In this document: positions 1-10,173 of the stretch, piece after piece
How positions within the stretch are numbered: the first letter of the stretch is position 1
How the letters are laid out: every line of letters begins with the position of its first letter
Source: an uncultured Candidatus Poseidoniales archaeon
GTDB lineage: Archaea; Thermoplasmatota; Poseidoniia; Poseidoniales; Poseidoniaceae
NCBI GenBank assembly: GCA_964587885.1
Contig: CAZPME010000005.1
Span: forward strand, 17,115-81,114
Reading direction: 5' to 3'
Length of the DNA: 64,000 nucleotides
Notes under the pieces: model-generated
Databases searched by the model: none
What the model was told of the DNA's origin: nothing
The model's input: only the letters and a program-made list of their open reading frames with translations
Translations under genes and position numbers: made by a program

Positions 1-1922
1 AAGCGATGAGTTTACGCTCTTGCGCCCAATCTAGATAAGACGCCCAAGTTGGATCATGGCGCAGGGTATTCATATTGCCGAGAATTATCAAACCTCGTCG
101 CGCTCGGGTAATCGCTACGTTGAGCCGTCTGCGGTCGGAAAGAAATCCGACTTCACCATTATCGTTGGCGCGTACGGTACTGAAGACGATGACTTCCTTC
201 TCACGACCTTGATAACCATCTACACTTTTGATTTCCAATCCAGAATAGGGCTCTCCATCACCACGCCCTCCCGCCTGTTCAAACAGGTCGGATAAGACAC
301 GAACTTGGCCGTTATAGGGGGTAATGACGCCAATGTCACGAGTGGATAAGTCACCTATTGCCAGCAAAGATTGCACCACGGTTACAACGCGACCAGCCTC
401 ATCAAGATTTGACTTAGATTGCCCCTCGCTATCGACTTGTTCACTACCATCGATGGGGATGAAAGCGACCGGGTTATCCCAATCTGGCCACATGAACCCG
501 GCAGGTGGAATTCTATCTTCTGCGTTAATGCCATCACTGAGTCGACCATCGTAAAATCGTCCTGAGGGAAAATCTCGTAAACAGGGGTGCATTCGATATT
601 GTATTTCAAGTAAAAATGGTGTAATGCCGGCATTGATTAAGCGTTCAAATAATGAGCGGGCTAATCCTCCATTTTCAGCGCGCATACTAACGACAGTAGC
701 CGGTAGTTGTCTATGGTCACCGACCAATACTAATTGACGCGCACCGCGCACAATTGGAACCAATGCAGTAGGCTCGGTAGCCTGAGTGGCTTCATCGATT
801 AGTACGTGAGTAAATCTCCTTTGACCGAGGATTGGGTGGCCGGCACCAATACATGTTGTACACACGACTTCGGCGCGGTCAAGAATATCGTCGATGATGC
901 GCTGTTCAAGTTGGCGAATTTCTTTCCAACCACGCGAAATATCTCGGTGAGCCAATCCTCTTTCCTTACCCTTCAGGTCTTTTAGTTCAGCTTTTAGAGC
1001 CATCATGTCGTCGACCATCATTTTCACTTCTGCGCGATCGGGATGCTCTTCAATTCGTGCATCAAGAGTGGATGAACGCAACTCCGCACGAACTTTCACC
1101 GGTCGGCCAATTCTTACTACATCAACTCCGACATCGATTAGTCCACCCACTAAATTGTCGACCGCTACATTGGAATCGGCACAGGCTAGAATAGGGCCAG
1201 TATCCTGTTCACTCCACACTTTTATCAGGTGAACTGCAGTGTGGGTTTTTCCAGTCCCTGGTGGGCCTTGAATGAGAGATAGCCTTCGAGTAACGGCTTC
1301 ACTGATGGCATTTGCTTGACTTTCGTTGAGGGGTAGCCCAGCGAGATTTGAACCACGAAGTTTGCGCTTCATTGGGCCAATTTCAGGCACCATTGCCGCA
1401 CTTGAATTGAGGTCATGCATATTGGCGAGTAAAACTTGGCTAAGTACGGTGCCGCCATCTCCTTCGGTAGCATGAAACGATTCTAGTGCTTCTTGCATAC
1501 GGTCGTGGGCTACTCGATTAGCGCCACGGTCCAAGCGCCATGAGCCCTTGCGCAGACCATCTGGTAATTCTCCGCAAACCACTCTAATCCTTGAGCGGCT
1601 TCGATCTAGGACTACCCCTTCAACTACCTTTTCATCCCAAGGTCGACTACGTGAAATAATGACGATGTCGCCGTGACTAAATTTATGCCAAGGTAATTCA
1701 CCCCCGCCTCGCATCGAAAATACAGCAATTGATTCGCCGAATAATTGCCCACGCGGCCTAGCGACCAAATCAAATAATGCTAGACCAGACTCTACTAAGC
1801 GAGACCGTTTCCACTTCTTCCAGCGCTCATCCACTTGGTCGAGTTCGTCAAGTAATTCCCATTCAGTAAGGCGACTATAAGCAGCATGGTGATCTTGGCT
1901 TCGTCGCCATTTTGCCGGCATA
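1..1922 (-). CDS. Upf1-like superfamily-1 helicase (AAA_11/AAA_12 type); C-terminus runs off the window start
   Basis: Not in the ORF track because there is no stop in the window. My translation of the minus strand from ATG at 1922-1920 stays open to position 1. It shows Walker A LIQGPPGTGKTHTA (~1240-1280), motif II HVLIDEATQATEP, VLVGDHRQLP, YRMHP, GYQGREKEVIVFS, and motif VI RRLNVAITRARRGL. Confidence 0.85.
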
Positions 1923-2094
1923 TCATCAGCATTAGGTGAAGAATTTTCTCCATCATTGCCGCGTAGTTGGATTCTGCGAATATCTCCTATTGTATCATCT
2001 CCAACATTTTGTCGCCCTGTCAGTCGACGCAAAGGATGCTCGGTTGACGGTGACTCTTAAACGGTTTAGATGTGGCCGCACCTTTGGGGATGTG

Positions 2095-3342
2095 ATGTTC
2101 AGCCGCTTTCGCAAGAAGGATGAGCCCGAGAAACGGGTCTGCCCATTTTGTGAAATTGAAAACCCTCTTGATGCTAAGTCATGTACTCAATGCTTCTTCC
2201 AATTTGAGAGAACTTCACGTGAGCAAGATGAGGCATTGAGCGAGCATGAAGAAGGAACATTGCTTGATGAGTTACTCAATTCTCAAGTTGAAATTGAGGC
2301 GGATGAAACGGTACCGGTTGATGTCATCACTATGGATGATATGACAGTAGAAGTCGACCAATATGATATTGTTGGAGATGATATTGGAGATGGAGAAGAT
2401 TTTACTTACATCAGTTCAGCAGGGCCGACTTTTGCTGAAACCGAAGCCGAGAGTGAAGGTAATATTGAATCACAGTCCACTCCTACTTTGGCCACTATGC
2501 CGGGTATGGAAGTCGAACAGAATAGCGACTTCGTTGGCGAGGTTGCTGAAGAAATCCAAATTGATGATATGGAACAGGAGGTAGATTTGTTGAATCTACC
2601 CCAATTACCAGAGGTCAGCTCACCACCTCCAATCGAGAGAGATGACGAATTTTTTGCTACCGCGGCTGAAGCCGCAGTAATATCTGGAGAAGAAAATGAG
2701 TCTAATTTGCCGCCACTACCCAATGAACTTGATGATGGTTTTGAAATGGTGATAGATTCAGCACCCCTTGACGAAGTAGAATTACCAATGTTGCCCACCA
2801 TTCCAGATACTGAAGAGTTGGTAGCACCAGTAATACCAGAATCTAAGGTTGAGTTGCCTCCAACTCCTGTGGTCGAAGAAAATTCATTGCCACCAACTCC
2901 GGTAATTGTTGAAGAATCTATTTCGCCAATGGAGGTTGAAAATGCTGTTCAGCCAGTAGCACCTTCAGTAGTACCTAATGCCGCTCCACCTGCTTCCGTA
3001 TTCGCCCCTGTAACTCATACAAATGGGGGAATTTGGCCATGGCCAATGGCTGAAGAGTGGGATTACCGTGACCTCTATCGAGAATTAAAGGAAGCGATGG
3101 AGGCGGCTCAGCGTGGCGACCATTCTAGTGCGGCAACCGCACTTGATAGGTTGGGTCCACATCTTGGACAACGCATTGATTTGTTGTATTATGTCGGCCA
3201 AGTATTGCAAATCCTCGGCCGCCAAGAAGCCTTGGCTGTGATGCTTGCAACGGCACAACAAGCGCACCCTGCTGACCAGCACGTTTCATCAGCCGTGTAT
3301 CACCTCGGTGGAATGGGGCAGACCGATGCGAACAACTCCTGA
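2095..3342 (+). CDS. Hypothetical protein: N-terminal zinc ribbon, long acidic/Pro-rich linker, helical TPR-like C-terminus
   Basis: ORF 1936..3342 trimmed to ATG 2095 (MFSRFRKK). CPFC-x12-CTQC zinc-ribbon pattern, then a D/E- and P-rich low-complexity region, then a helical C-terminal ~100 aa. Divergent from the helicase gene. Confidence 0.5.
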   Translation: MFSRFRKKDEPEKRVCPFCEIENPLDAKSCTQCFFQFERTSREQDEALSEHEEGTLLDELLNSQVEIEADETVPVDVITMDDMTVEVDQYDIVGDDIGDGEDFTYISSAGPTFAETEAESEGNIESQSTPTLATMPGMEVEQNSDFVGEVAEEIQIDDMEQEVDLLNLPQLPEVSSPPPIERDDEFFATAAEAAVISGEENESNLPPLPNELDDGFEMVIDSAPLDEVELPMLPTIPDTEELVAPVIPESKVELPPTPVVEENSLPPTPVIVEESISPMEVENAVQPVAPSVVPNAAPPASVFAPVTHTNGGIWPWPMAEEWDYRDLYRELKEAMEAAQRGDHSSAATALDRLGPHLGQRIDLLYYVGQVLQILGRQEALAVMLATAQQAHPADQHVSSAVYHLGGMGQTDANNS

Positions 3343-3889
3343 CTTGGAATCCGATGACGGTCTCTCGCTGTTTCCGGTCTCTCGCCGCTTGTTTTCGGAG
3401 ATGATGGAAGCGCATGCAGAAGATCCCGAAGGAACTTATCTGGCAATTCCTTGGTTCGACAGAGATGTCGAAGCGAGTCCGCAAATTTCCGATTTTTTAT
3501 TCGAATTAGAAGTACATAGTAAAAGTGGACGAATCCACTTTTGGTCAATCCACGAAGGTGAAGAATTCGTTGGTTTAGTCGGAATCGGTGATGAATTACA
3601 AATAGATGAGAGCCAATGGAATCTCGGTTATTGGGTGCGATCAAGTGCGCGCCGTCGTGGCATTGCTCGTCGTTCAGTCGATGCAGTTTTCACTTGGGTT
3701 TCAGCACAATCGCAACCAGCCCAAGTTGAAATTACTGTGCATCCTCAGAATACCGCTGGATTGGCGACTTGTCGCTCAATCTGTACCCGATGGGGCGGCA
3801 AGCGAGTTGAGCCTGATTTTTGGCCAATTGAGATTGGTGGGAGAACCGTACCTCACGCCATGTGGTTGGTTGAATTAGGAGGTGTTTGA
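3326..3889 (+). CDS. GNAT family N-acetyltransferase (RimJ/RimL-like)
   Basis: ORF 3245..3889 trimmed to ATG 3326. WNLGYWVRSSARRRGIARRSVDAVFTWV resembles the acetyl-CoA-binding (Q/R-x-x-G-x-A) core of RimJ/RimL-type GNATs. Confidence 0.7.
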   Translation: MRTTPDLESDDGLSLFPVSRRLFSEMMEAHAEDPEGTYLAIPWFDRDVEASPQISDFLFELEVHSKSGRIHFWSIHEGEEFVGLVGIGDELQIDESQWNLGYWVRSSARRRGIARRSVDAVFTWVSAQSQPAQVEITVHPQNTAGLATCRSICTRWGGKRVEPDFWPIEIGGRTVPHAMWLVELGGV

Positions 3890-4684
3890 TTGACCAAGTT
3901 GTGGCTAACAGTGGATAGTGACGACTTTCACCATTTACCGCGCCAGCAAGGGCATCCTAGTCGTAGCCGTAACCAAATTGCCACTACAGGAAAGCCGACC
4001 TCTGATAGATTACTATGCGGGATGGATGGGTTTAGTGATTGGCATTTACAAAATCCAAGTCGTAGAGCGGTGACAATTTTTGTTATTGCTGACCAATTAG
4101 GAGATGGCGAATTCTGTAAATGGTTACGGCAATTATTGCTGGCCTCTGAACACATCACCATAGGTTGCCATGGGCTCAATCACCGTTCATGGTCGGCATG
4201 GGGTGAAGATATTGCAGGCTTTAGGAAAGCATTGCGTCTTGCAAAAGAGCAGATCTCTGATTTTTCAGGTGCCGCATGGAGGCCTTGGTTTCGTGCTCCA
4301 GCTGGATATGTTGCGCCATGGATGTCACAGGTTTTGGCTGAAGAGGGCTTTACAGTCGACTCTTCAGTTAATCCCAGCCTCTTGGTCAAACGTAAAGCAG
4401 GGCGAGGAAATAGTTGGTCTCAGGTCAGTGAAGCGATGCGTTCGGCAGGAGTAGTTGAACGAAAATGGCTGACTTCACTCTTAGGACCAGCATGTGGCCC
4501 TGCCCTACACCTACCCATATTACGTGGATTTGCACGTCGTGCTTGGCGTCGTGTGTCCGAATTAGATTTGGCTAGCGATTCACAAATTTGCGATATGGAC
4601 AGTGAAGTAGTCACGGTTTATTGGCATCTACATGACCATGCTAGAAGTGAAGGCAAATGGGCCCCCCCACTATCTATCGCCTAA
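3890..4684 (+). CDS. Polysaccharide deacetylase (NodB-homology)-like protein
   Basis: HGLNH (H-x3-H) followed by FRAPAGY resembles NodB motifs 2 and 3. The first Asp motif is not clear. TTG start directly after the previous stop; the start is uncertain. Confidence 0.5.
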   Translation: MTKLWLTVDSDDFHHLPRQQGHPSRSRNQIATTGKPTSDRLLCGMDGFSDWHLQNPSRRAVTIFVIADQLGDGEFCKWLRQLLLASEHITIGCHGLNHRSWSAWGEDIAGFRKALRLAKEQISDFSGAAWRPWFRAPAGYVAPWMSQVLAEEGFTVDSSVNPSLLVKRKAGRGNSWSQVSEAMRSAGVVERKWLTSLLGPACGPALHLPILRGFARRAWRRVSELDLASDSQICDMDSEVVTVYWHLHDHARSEGKWAPPLSIA

Positions 4685-6300
4685 TCTTGTTCTTCTCCAG
4701 GAATGATTCTATCAATACCTGCCATGTCTTGTAGACGATTCCAAAAAGACAGACGATCTTCTTCAGCCTTGAGAATCGTCGGTGAAGGATTACCTTCTTT
4801 GTCGAATTGCTTGCGGAAGCGCCCCTCGCTCTTTGCGAAGTGGCGGAAACTTATCTCTTGGAATTCGCCGTTCTCATCTTTCATTCGATGCAAGTCCTTG
4901 GTTGGACTTGGGTTACCGCGTAAGTCCCAACGGTCTGAATATCGAGGGCCCTTCTTGGGGTCATAGGTGAAAATTGGCCAAGCCCGACTTCGCAGGGCGA
5001 GATTGGATTGCATAAATGCGGCATTATCGGCAACCCCATGTTCAGGTTGGCAAGTGGTGTAGACTGATACTACTGCAGGGCCAGGGTGTTCATTGGCCTC
5101 GCGAATTGCCCGATAGAAATGATTGGGCAGACTGGTCACAGTCTGAGCAACGTAGACGTTTGGATGCATTGCAGCAATGGCCCCTAATTCTTTACGGAGT
5201 TCCTGCTTACCTGGAATGGCGGTACCATGACTGTAGAATTTAGTATCTTGACCGGTAAACGACGCAGTCGAGGCCTGGCCACCAGTGTTAGAATAGACCT
5301 GAGTATCTAAGACTAAAACTTTGATTTCCATTCCGCTAGATAGCATTCGAGAAAGTGCCCCAAAGCCGATATCGTACATTGCACCATCGCCACCCACGAC
5401 CCACAATTTTTTGTCATTCCAACCGATTTGATCCCAACGAGCGCGTACACCCATTGCATCAGTTGGTCCGTTTTCGAACAGTGAATTTGTCCAAGGCAGA
5501 TTCCATGGATTGTAAGGGTAAGTACTACCATAAACGGTAGAGCAGCCAGTTGAATTGACAACACCGACATTTTCTGCCCCATGGTCGTAACCCAGTATGG
5601 CCGCCATCATCCTCAAAGCAGTGCCTTCGCCACAACCGGCGCATGAACCAGCACCCCCAACATAGAGCAAACTCTTGTCGACTAACATCACATCCATCAC
5701 CGATTTTTCGTTGACGAAATCCTGCTTGGTATCACCCATGCCGGTATAGAAATCCCACAGACGTCGGTGTTCATCCAGTCCCATCTTTTCTTTGGAAATC
5801 ATCTTCAAGGCATTCTTTGAACCACAAACATCGACACATTCAGCGCAGCCCTTGCACTTAGAAGGGTCGATGAAAATACCAAATCGTCCAGGAACATTTC
5901 CCTTCTTTTCACGATTATCCCAGTACTTGCGAACCTTTGGCCAAAGCTTTTCCATTTCCTCGGCTTGAGAATCTTCAAGACCGAGCAAACTTTCTTGCAA
6001 TGATTCTTCATCGACGACCTTGCCTAGAATAGCAGTATCTGGGCACATCGTCACGCAATCCATGCAGCCAACACAATTGTCGGGCAAGAATTCAGGAATT
6101 TCTGGGGCGATATATGAGAAATCACGCAGTCGACCGGAAGCAGGTCCGATAATTGAACGGGCGTGAACTTCATCGGCTGGTAAGGAAGAAGCCGCATGCC
6201 CTTCGTTGTATGCGCCGACAATACGGCTCTCAAAGGCTTGTAAATCAAAGAATTCTTTGTCGTGAGCGGTTAGTTTTCGTGAAGAATCCTGCATGGTCAT
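4681..6300 (-). CDS. 2-oxoacid (pyruvate):ferredoxin oxidoreductase, fused ferredoxin(delta)-beta subunit
   Basis: Two 4Fe-4S motifs (CVGCMDCVTMCP, CKGCAECVDVCG) precede a TPP-binding beta domain (GGDGAMYDIGFGALS). There is a 4-nt ATGA overlap with the upstream alpha gene. Confidence 0.9.
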   Translation of the reverse strand: MTMQDSSRKLTAHDKEFFDLQAFESRIVGAYNEGHAASSLPADEVHARSIIGPASGRLRDFSYIAPEIPEFLPDNCVGCMDCVTMCPDTAILGKVVDEESLQESLLGLEDSQAEEMEKLWPKVRKYWDNREKKGNVPGRFGIFIDPSKCKGCAECVDVCGSKNALKMISKEKMGLDEHRRLWDFYTGMGDTKQDFVNEKSVMDVMLVDKSLLYVGGAGSCAGCGEGTALRMMAAILGYDHGAENVGVVNSTGCSTVYGSTYPYNPWNLPWTNSLFENGPTDAMGVRARWDQIGWNDKKLWVVGGDGAMYDIGFGALSRMLSSGMEIKVLVLDTQVYSNTGGQASTASFTGQDTKFYSHGTAIPGKQELRKELGAIAAMHPNVYVAQTVTSLPNHFYRAIREANEHPGPAVVSVYTTCQPEHGVADNAAFMQSNLALRSRAWPIFTYDPKKGPRYSDRWDLRGNPSPTKDLHRMKDENGEFQEISFRHFAKSEGRFRKQFDKEGNPSPTILKAEEDRLSFWNRLQDMAGIDRIIPGEEQD

Positions 6301-8234
6301 GTTCTCACCTCCAAGGCCGTGGCGATTACCTCGGCCGAGATTTCTTTTACCTCACTATAACCGCGCTTGACGCAAGTCAAGTTGTCTTGAATCACTTGCT
6401 CACCTCGCTTGCCGAAATATTTTCGTAGGCTTTTCTCAATTGCAGGATATAATTCAGCCTCGGGAGTGTTGGCTGCGAATGGAGTACTGCGAAGGAATAT
6501 CCCTAGTAGTACGATACCTTGCATGCGAACCACGAGGTCGAGGCTACTGCTTACTTCACGAGCAATCTGTGCTGTATTAAGCCATAGGACGCGAATATTT
6601 CGCTCGGCGATTTCTGCGCGGGCAGAATCGGAGAGGCTTGCCATAACCGCCGCATCATCCACAGCAGTAGATTGTAGGAATACAGTTCCCCCATCACGCA
6701 AACCCTTGAGGGGGTTGCCGGTGGCGAAAGCATTGACATCTTGCACGGCGATGAAATCAAGAATGTCTAACTCGTGATGAATACGAATTCGTTCATCAGC
6801 GATTGTAAGATAGAAGTTGGTCGGCAAGCCTTTCTTTTCCGAACCATACTTCGGATAGGCTTGTACAGTTTTGCCGAATAGGTCGGCAGACACAGTAGCG
6901 ATGATTTTGTTAGTGGTAACCGAACCAAATCCGCCGACACTATGACCTCGCATACTGAAAGAGCCAGCCGGTCGCCCATCTAATTCACCAACCGGCGCTA
7001 GTGCGGTTGGGTGGTCAATTCCAAGCGAAAAGTAACGCGGCTCTGCTCCACTTGCCATCAATTCGTAAACCGCTGATAAATCACCGCTGGTAACATCTCG
7101 ACTTCCTAGTCCATAGGCGCCAGAATGAATGGTTGGCATTTGTGATAATTCTGGATATCCAGAACGACCTTGCATTGCATCAGCGAGAGCGGCTTTGATT
7201 TCGGCGGTCAATGGATTGGATTGAGACATCGGGTCATCCATTCGCTCCAGCACCGCAATCGCCTTACAATTTGCAATTGCAGTAGCGATTTCTGCGCCTG
7301 GGAAGGGACGGAAACAGGTGATATGGACACAACCAACTAATCGTCCCTGAGCACGCAGACTATCGACAACGGTGGTGGCCGTTTCAAACATTGAACCAAT
7401 TCCAATGATGGCATATTCGGCATCATCCATTTGGTAGGAATCAATCAATCCGTATTGGCGGCCGGTCAATTCACTGAATTCCTCCATTGCCGACATGAGT
7501 GCAGGTTTGACTTGGTCAGTAAAATGACGTTGGGCGATTTTACCTTTCATGTAAGAATCTTGATTTTGCACGACACCTGACATTATCGGGTTGTATGGGT
7601 CCATCATATTGCGTAATTTACTTGCCGGATCGCCGACGAAATCACGCATCATTTCTTCTTCACAAAGCAGGACATTTTCTATTGTGTGGGTGGTCAAAAA
7701 CCCATCTTGAACGCTAAAGAAAGGAGTGCTACTTGCTTCGGCTGCTTTGCGTGAAATCAATGCCAAGTCACCTGCTTCAGTTGCATTACGGGCAAAAACA
7801 ATTCCCCAGCCAACATCGGAAACTCCCATGATATCATCATGGCCTGCATGGACGTTGAGAGAATGACTAGTCATTGCCCTTGCCCCGATGTGGAAAACAA
7901 TTGGTAAACGCTTTCCACTGATAACATAGAGAACTTCTTTCATCAAGATAAGGCCTTGTCCAGAAGTAAAGTTGGTAACTCGGCCGCCGGCGACAGCATA
8001 ACCTTCAGCAGCTGAAGCACTCGAGTGCTCGGATTCTGGCTCAAGGAAAATTAGTGTAGTGCCCCACAGATTTTTCTTACCGTTGGCAACGGCGATTCCA
8101 TAACCGACCCCCATCGTGGTCGAGGAAGTAATCGGATAAGCGCATGACCCCTCAGTAATATTGGTCTCGACGTGGACGACATTTCCTGCTCCGTCAGTTG
8201 TTGCTGGGATACCGGGATATTTCGCTCCGACCAT
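6297..8234 (-). CDS. 2-oxoacid (pyruvate):ferredoxin oxidoreductase, fused alpha-gamma subunit
   Basis: N-terminal POR alpha-type sequence (AYPITSSTTMG, EPESEHSSASAAEG) and a C-terminal gamma-type domain (GGFGSVTTNKII, YPKYGSEKKGLPT). Translationally coupled to the delta-beta gene. Confidence 0.9.
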   Translation of the reverse strand: MVGAKYPGIPATTDGAGNVVHVETNITEGSCAYPITSSTTMGVGYGIAVANGKKNLWGTTLIFLEPESEHSSASAAEGYAVAGGRVTNFTSGQGLILMKEVLYVISGKRLPIVFHIGARAMTSHSLNVHAGHDDIMGVSDVGWGIVFARNATEAGDLALISRKAAEASSTPFFSVQDGFLTTHTIENVLLCEEEMMRDFVGDPASKLRNMMDPYNPIMSGVVQNQDSYMKGKIAQRHFTDQVKPALMSAMEEFSELTGRQYGLIDSYQMDDAEYAIIGIGSMFETATTVVDSLRAQGRLVGCVHITCFRPFPGAEIATAIANCKAIAVLERMDDPMSQSNPLTAEIKAALADAMQGRSGYPELSQMPTIHSGAYGLGSRDVTSGDLSAVYELMASGAEPRYFSLGIDHPTALAPVGELDGRPAGSFSMRGHSVGGFGSVTTNKIIATVSADLFGKTVQAYPKYGSEKKGLPTNFYLTIADERIRIHHELDILDFIAVQDVNAFATGNPLKGLRDGGTVFLQSTAVDDAAVMASLSDSARAEIAERNIRVLWLNTAQIAREVSSSLDLVVRMQGIVLLGIFLRSTPFAANTPEAELYPAIEKSLRKYFGKRGEQVIQDNLTCVKRGYSEVKEISAEVIATALEVRT

Positions 8235-8376
8235 ATGCTCACCAATCCACCATACGCAGACGACTAACCCTCAAGTCACCTCCTTATTAGCGATTTGTAA
8301 TGGCCGAGAATCCCAGTTTAATCTATTGGTTGCGTCGGCATAAGGAATAATAACGGTCGGGCCAGCGAAGAGATTT

Positions 8377-8559
8377 ATGTCTGTCCAAGATATGCTACAA
8401 GGAATGATCGATGAATTAACTGAATCCTTAGCCGATGCGGCTAAGCACGACCGAGGAAATAGCGCTGCTGGTACTCGCGTACGCAAGGCCATGCAAAGCG
8501 TAAAGAATGGGGCTCAAGCAGTTCGCGTCCAAGTTCAGAACGACAAGAATAGTCGCTGA
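8377..8559 (+). CDS. Small Hc1 (HctA) N-domain-like DNA-binding protein
   Basis: The 60-aa ORF contains DRGNSAAGTRVRKAMQSVKNGAQAVR. This follows the pattern KGNKAAAQRVR...A..R that I recall from the chlamydial histone-like Hc1 N-terminus. No Lys/Ala tail. Confidence 0.5.
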   Translation: MSVQDMLQGMIDELTESLADAAKHDRGNSAAGTRVRKAMQSVKNGAQAVRVQVQNDKNSR

Positions 8560-8561
8560 AA

Positions 8562-10154
8562 TTATACATCAATGATTGAATCGTGGGTGGTATAGACCTC
8601 CCATGTACCTCCACCGTTGAGGTAATCGGCATTGCCGTTGGCCACAAGGTGGAATCCTTCGGGAGCGTTTCCAGCGTTTGGTGCTATAATGATCCATTGC
8701 ACATTGGCTAAATTACCTCGATTATCATAGGTGGTGCCATTGCGTAATTCGTCATGCCAATCGGTAGAATCTGCCCGCCAATGACCGGTAATGTTGTTAT
8801 TTCCGTAGGGGTCAATATCGTAATGAAATGTGTAGAGCCAATGCATTCCTAGAGTTGCGGGAGCAACGAAAAGGAAATCTTCATCCTTCTCAATATTGTC
8901 TTGCATTATTTCGCTGGCTTCATCCGTCCACATTGTTTGACCATGTACTGCGGCCAAGACGCTAAGTGGTATGATTAGTGCAATTCCTACCATCAGAGCG
9001 GAATATTTTCCCATCGGGCGCTCAAGGCAAGGGATTGATGGATTGAGATGGTTTAGGCGACTTAACAATAGGTATGCAGGAATCATCATCAGCGAAATAT
9101 AGCGGCCATTATTGCCCATGGTCGCGGTAACCCAAGGCCATTCGGCTTGCCATAGAAGTGATTCGTAAGTCCATAGGGCGGCAACATAGACTGTAATTGC
9201 CGCGGTAAATGCGGCAACCATCCCAGCGATACTCGCGGTTTCCAAATCATTGATTTCTTTCATACCTTGAATCGCTGGACCGATATACGGCCACAATACC
9301 ATACCTAAGAGGGAGTAAATAATGACGACGTCAAGGACTGAGATTAGCAAAGCCGAAGCAAAACGTGCCGGAGCATCCCCCACTACTCCAAGAGTTGCAC
9401 TAATGCCAAAATATCCCATCACCAGTAATGTTGAGGCGACCCCAAGTCCGCAACTCATTGCTACTGAGGTGGGCCGGCTTGCCCATCGGCAAAAACCATC
9501 ATGTTGGCGGGCTAATTCAAACCATATCAGAGCACCGAGGCCAAAAGCCAACCCATACCACATGCTCATCCCTTTTATTGCTAAGACGGCGGCCATTGGA
9601 ACCGAAATAGCCAAACTACGAATCCGAGCTTTATTTTCATCTTCTTCGCGACATGATTGCATCACAAGAATTGTTGTTGCATAGAGCATTGCGGCAATGA
9701 AAACCTCAGGATATCCTCGTCCAGTGGAAAAGATAAATGTCGGATATAGTGCGACCAATGCTGCCAATTCGAGCTTATCTTGTTTGTAGAGTAATCCAAT
9801 AAATCCTAAGGTGACGGTAAATGATAACAGACGTACATCCATAGGTGAATCGCCAATGAATTGGAACCAACCATTTTCACGCACTGGTGCGTAAGATGGG
9901 TCGCTCGCTTTGGTATCGATGGGACGAGTGTGGCCCCAATCGAGATAGGCTTCACCTTGGCCACCTTCAACGGTTGCATAGGTTAGGTGGAGGTGGGTAT
10001 CCAGTCCGAGGTCACTGGTAAAGACCACCAAAGCGTTGAGGCAAACTCCGATGATAAGGAGAAGTTTCCAGCGCCTTTGCCTTGCGAACTCTTCGGGCGA
10101 GAGTTCATCCTCCATGCGAAAGCGGTGGCTTGACTCCTTCTTCAACAGTCGCAT
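8562..10154 (-). CDS. Polytopic membrane protein with C-terminal extracytoplasmic domain (possible GT-C-type glycosyltransferase)
   Basis: 530-aa ORF with about 10 or more hydrophobic segments and a soluble ~110-aa C-terminus. The function is a guess from topology only. Confidence 0.55.
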   Translation of the reverse strand: MRLLKKESSHRFRMEDELSPEEFARQRRWKLLLIIGVCLNALVVFTSDLGLDTHLHLTYATVEGGQGEAYLDWGHTRPIDTKASDPSYAPVRENGWFQFIGDSPMDVRLLSFTVTLGFIGLLYKQDKLELAALVALYPTFIFSTGRGYPEVFIAAMLYATTILVMQSCREEDENKARIRSLAISVPMAAVLAIKGMSMWYGLAFGLGALIWFELARQHDGFCRWASRPTSVAMSCGLGVASTLLVMGYFGISATLGVVGDAPARFASALLISVLDVVIIYSLLGMVLWPYIGPAIQGMKEINDLETASIAGMVAAFTAAITVYVAALWTYESLLWQAEWPWVTATMGNNGRYISLMMIPAYLLLSRLNHLNPSIPCLERPMGKYSALMVGIALIIPLSVLAAVHGQTMWTDEASEIMQDNIEKDEDFLFVAPATLGMHWLYTFHYDIDPYGNNNITGHWRADSTDWHDELRNGTTYDNRGNLANVQWIIIAPNAGNAPEGFHLVANGNADYLNGGGTWEVYTTHDSIIDV

Positions 10155-10173
10155 TCAATACCGGCAAAGCCGG

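Noticed and set aside
1936-2094. Extended 5' regions of several track ORFs: 1936, 3245, 14699, 17494, 34038, 40838 (minus), 58182 (minus), 57975, 61417 (minus), 52331
   Set aside because: The extensions overlap neighbouring genes or promoters, or give non-protein-like N-termini. Internal ATGs coincide with the start of family-typical sequence. Start choices remain provisional without ribosome-binding or homology data.
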